From assembly GCF_006345805.1 (NCBI RefSeq), contig NC_043011.1, positions 1,426,001-1,490,000 on the forward strand: 64,000 nt of DNA, in the 5' to 3' direction. Positions 62,372 to 64,000 of the stretch are shown piece by piece. Below the pieces are notes generated by a model. It made no database searches. It saw only the letters and a program-made list of their open reading frames with translations, and was not told the DNA's origin. How positions within the stretch are numbered: position 1 is the first letter of the stretch; each line of letters starts with the position of its first letter. Source of the DNA: Octopus sinensis. Lineage: Eukaryota. The position numbers and the translations under genes are program-made.

Positions 62372-62760
62372 TCAACTTGTGTGTCTGTGTGTATATCTGT
62401 GTGTATGTCTGTGTGTTTAACTTCCCAGCTCATCTCCTAGCCAACAAATCGTAAAACCACCAAAAATGGGTCACCTAAAGTTTAAACGAATGAAAATTGA
62501 ACTGCGCTATTTCTGTTCCAAAATTCATCTTGCAAGTGCAAAAATCGATAATGTGTTTGTTTAGGCCTTATCCCATGCATTGAATAGTGAACTTTACTCA
62601 GTCAGCTGTTTGACGTGAACTGTGTTCACCATGCGTGCAAGCATGTGTAAATTGCATGAAAAATAAAAAATCAAGATATAAAAATGAATCGCCGTAAACA
62701 TTGTAGAAATTTGGCAAAGAAATGAATTTTCAGGATGTAGCCTGGAGGGTTTTTTCGTAT
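62366..62760 (+). mobile_element. Unclassified interspersed repeat, possibly a non-autonomous Helitron-like 5' part
   Basis: Begins out of (TA)n with tataaaactcaacttgtgtgtctg and retains CpGs; no clear hairpin-CTRR 3' end found. Confidence 0.3.
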
Positions 62761-62776
62761 TAATATATATATATAT

Positions 62777-63206
62777 TATATTAAATTAGAGACAAAACCA
62801 CTATTAGGCAAATCATACAATGAAAAACTTAAGCCAATACATAAGATTATTTAATTTATATTATTTAAATATATAACATAATTATTAAAAAAATATAATT
62901 AATATATCACTACGATCGTTTCATGGCTGTTAATTTATTTAAATTTTCGAGTTACAGTCATTCATGTTTCATGGCTGTTAATTTCTTTAAATTTTCGAGT
63001 TACAGTCATTCATGTTTCATGGCTGTTAATTTTTAATATTTTTTAAATAATTTTTTAAAATAATTTTTAAAAATAATTTTTTTAAATAATTTTTTTAATA
63101 ACTTTGTTATATATTTAAATAATATAAATGAAATAATCTTATGTATTGGCTTAAGTTTTTCATTGTATGATTTGCCTAATAGTGGTTTTGTCTCTAATTT
63201 AATATA
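62777..63206. mobile_element. Foldback/MITE with 102-bp TIRs and an internal 48-bp tandem repeat
   Basis: 62777-62878 and 63105-63206 are reverse complements with one mismatch; TA-rich flanks; 48-bp unit starting at 62918, 62966 and 63014. Confidence 0.85.
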
Positions 63207-63328
63207 ATATAATATTTTACTATAAAATTGATTCAATCCTAAATCTGATTTTTCCCTGTAAGTTTGGATTTATTCCCTAATATTTATCATTAATATATAT
63301 ATATATATATATATATATCATCATATAT

Positions 63329-63411
<83 letters not shown>

Positions 63412-63415
<4 letters not shown>

Positions 63416-63850
63416 GGTATGTAGAAAAATACAACATGGACAAGAACGTATAACTCATAGAAGACGATACAATAAACATGGACAGGACATTCGAACCCCT
63501 CAGTCTTCAGTCAAGAACCGGATCATCGTAGTAATTTCGGCTGATTAATCTTGAGATTACTAGATCACGGCCAGCCCTCCAAGAAAAACTAAGCTGGAAG
63601 CGTAGATTTCCTGGAAGAAGGATCGAATGCATACGAACACCAGGACAGCAAAAGGGACAGATATAGAAAAAACAAAAAACAATAATGGAATACAGAAACA
63701 TGAAATACAGAAGCATTAACGGTGAGAACAACAAGTGTCTTACGACTGATAACAAGCAAACAAATTTTTTCTCTGGCGCATTGAGAGTATGATAGAAGAA
63801 GGCTAACTCTTCCTTCCGTAGAAGAAAAAATTCAAATCGGACCATGTTAA
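63412..63850. mobile_element. Young CpG-retaining interspersed repeat adjoining (TA)n, unclassified (possibly a Penelope-type terminus)
   Basis: Abrupt composition change after (TA)n; internal hairpin tagtaat/attacta. Confidence 0.35.
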
Positions 63851-64000
63851 CACCAAAAATTATTTACATAAAAAATGTGCCTTTTTTCTATGAAAATCCC
63901 TATTTTTTACAATGTTTTGACTGCCGTGTCGCTATTTTTCGGTGTATTTCACTTAAAGAGAATAACAAGCTACATACTGCTAAATTTTTACTTTTCAAAA

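Noticed and set aside
63478-63560. Possible hammerhead on the minus strand (ctgaaga..ttcgaatgtc and ctcaaga..ccgaaatt)
   Set aside because: The first lacks helix I pairing and the full GAAA; the second is a simple hairpin with no helix II or III; neither folds into a complete motif

Overview
AT-rich, repeat-dominated animal genomic DNA. From memory, the SINE/LINE families match coleoid cephalopod (octopus-like) repeats; this is inference, not a database result. There is no prokaryote-style gene content and no CRISPR array, and nearly all ORF-track entries are microsatellite, SINE or antisense artefacts. Repeat content: about 25 tRNA-derived SINEs of three families (several with clear TSDs); a near-intact RTE-clade LINE (52.1-55.4 kb, one frameshift, PHD-type finger inside the RT ORF) plus older copies; CR1 3' ends; R4/Dong-type and Penelope RT relics; several mariner relics and MITEs; a 5S rRNA pseudogene. 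A few small minus-strand candidate exons can be joined in phase, suggesting all of this is intronic to an unidentified host gene. The most notable features are: (1) a 569-bp tandem array (24.1-26.1 kb) inserted into the (TA)n hinge of a SINE, carrying four copies of a minimal hammerhead-ribozyme-like motif one period apart (retrozyme or Penelope-terminal-repeat-like); (2) a 33-copy 99-bp minisatellite born at a deletion junction inside a mariner transposase; (3) two near-perfect local inverted duplications (135 bp and 279 bp).
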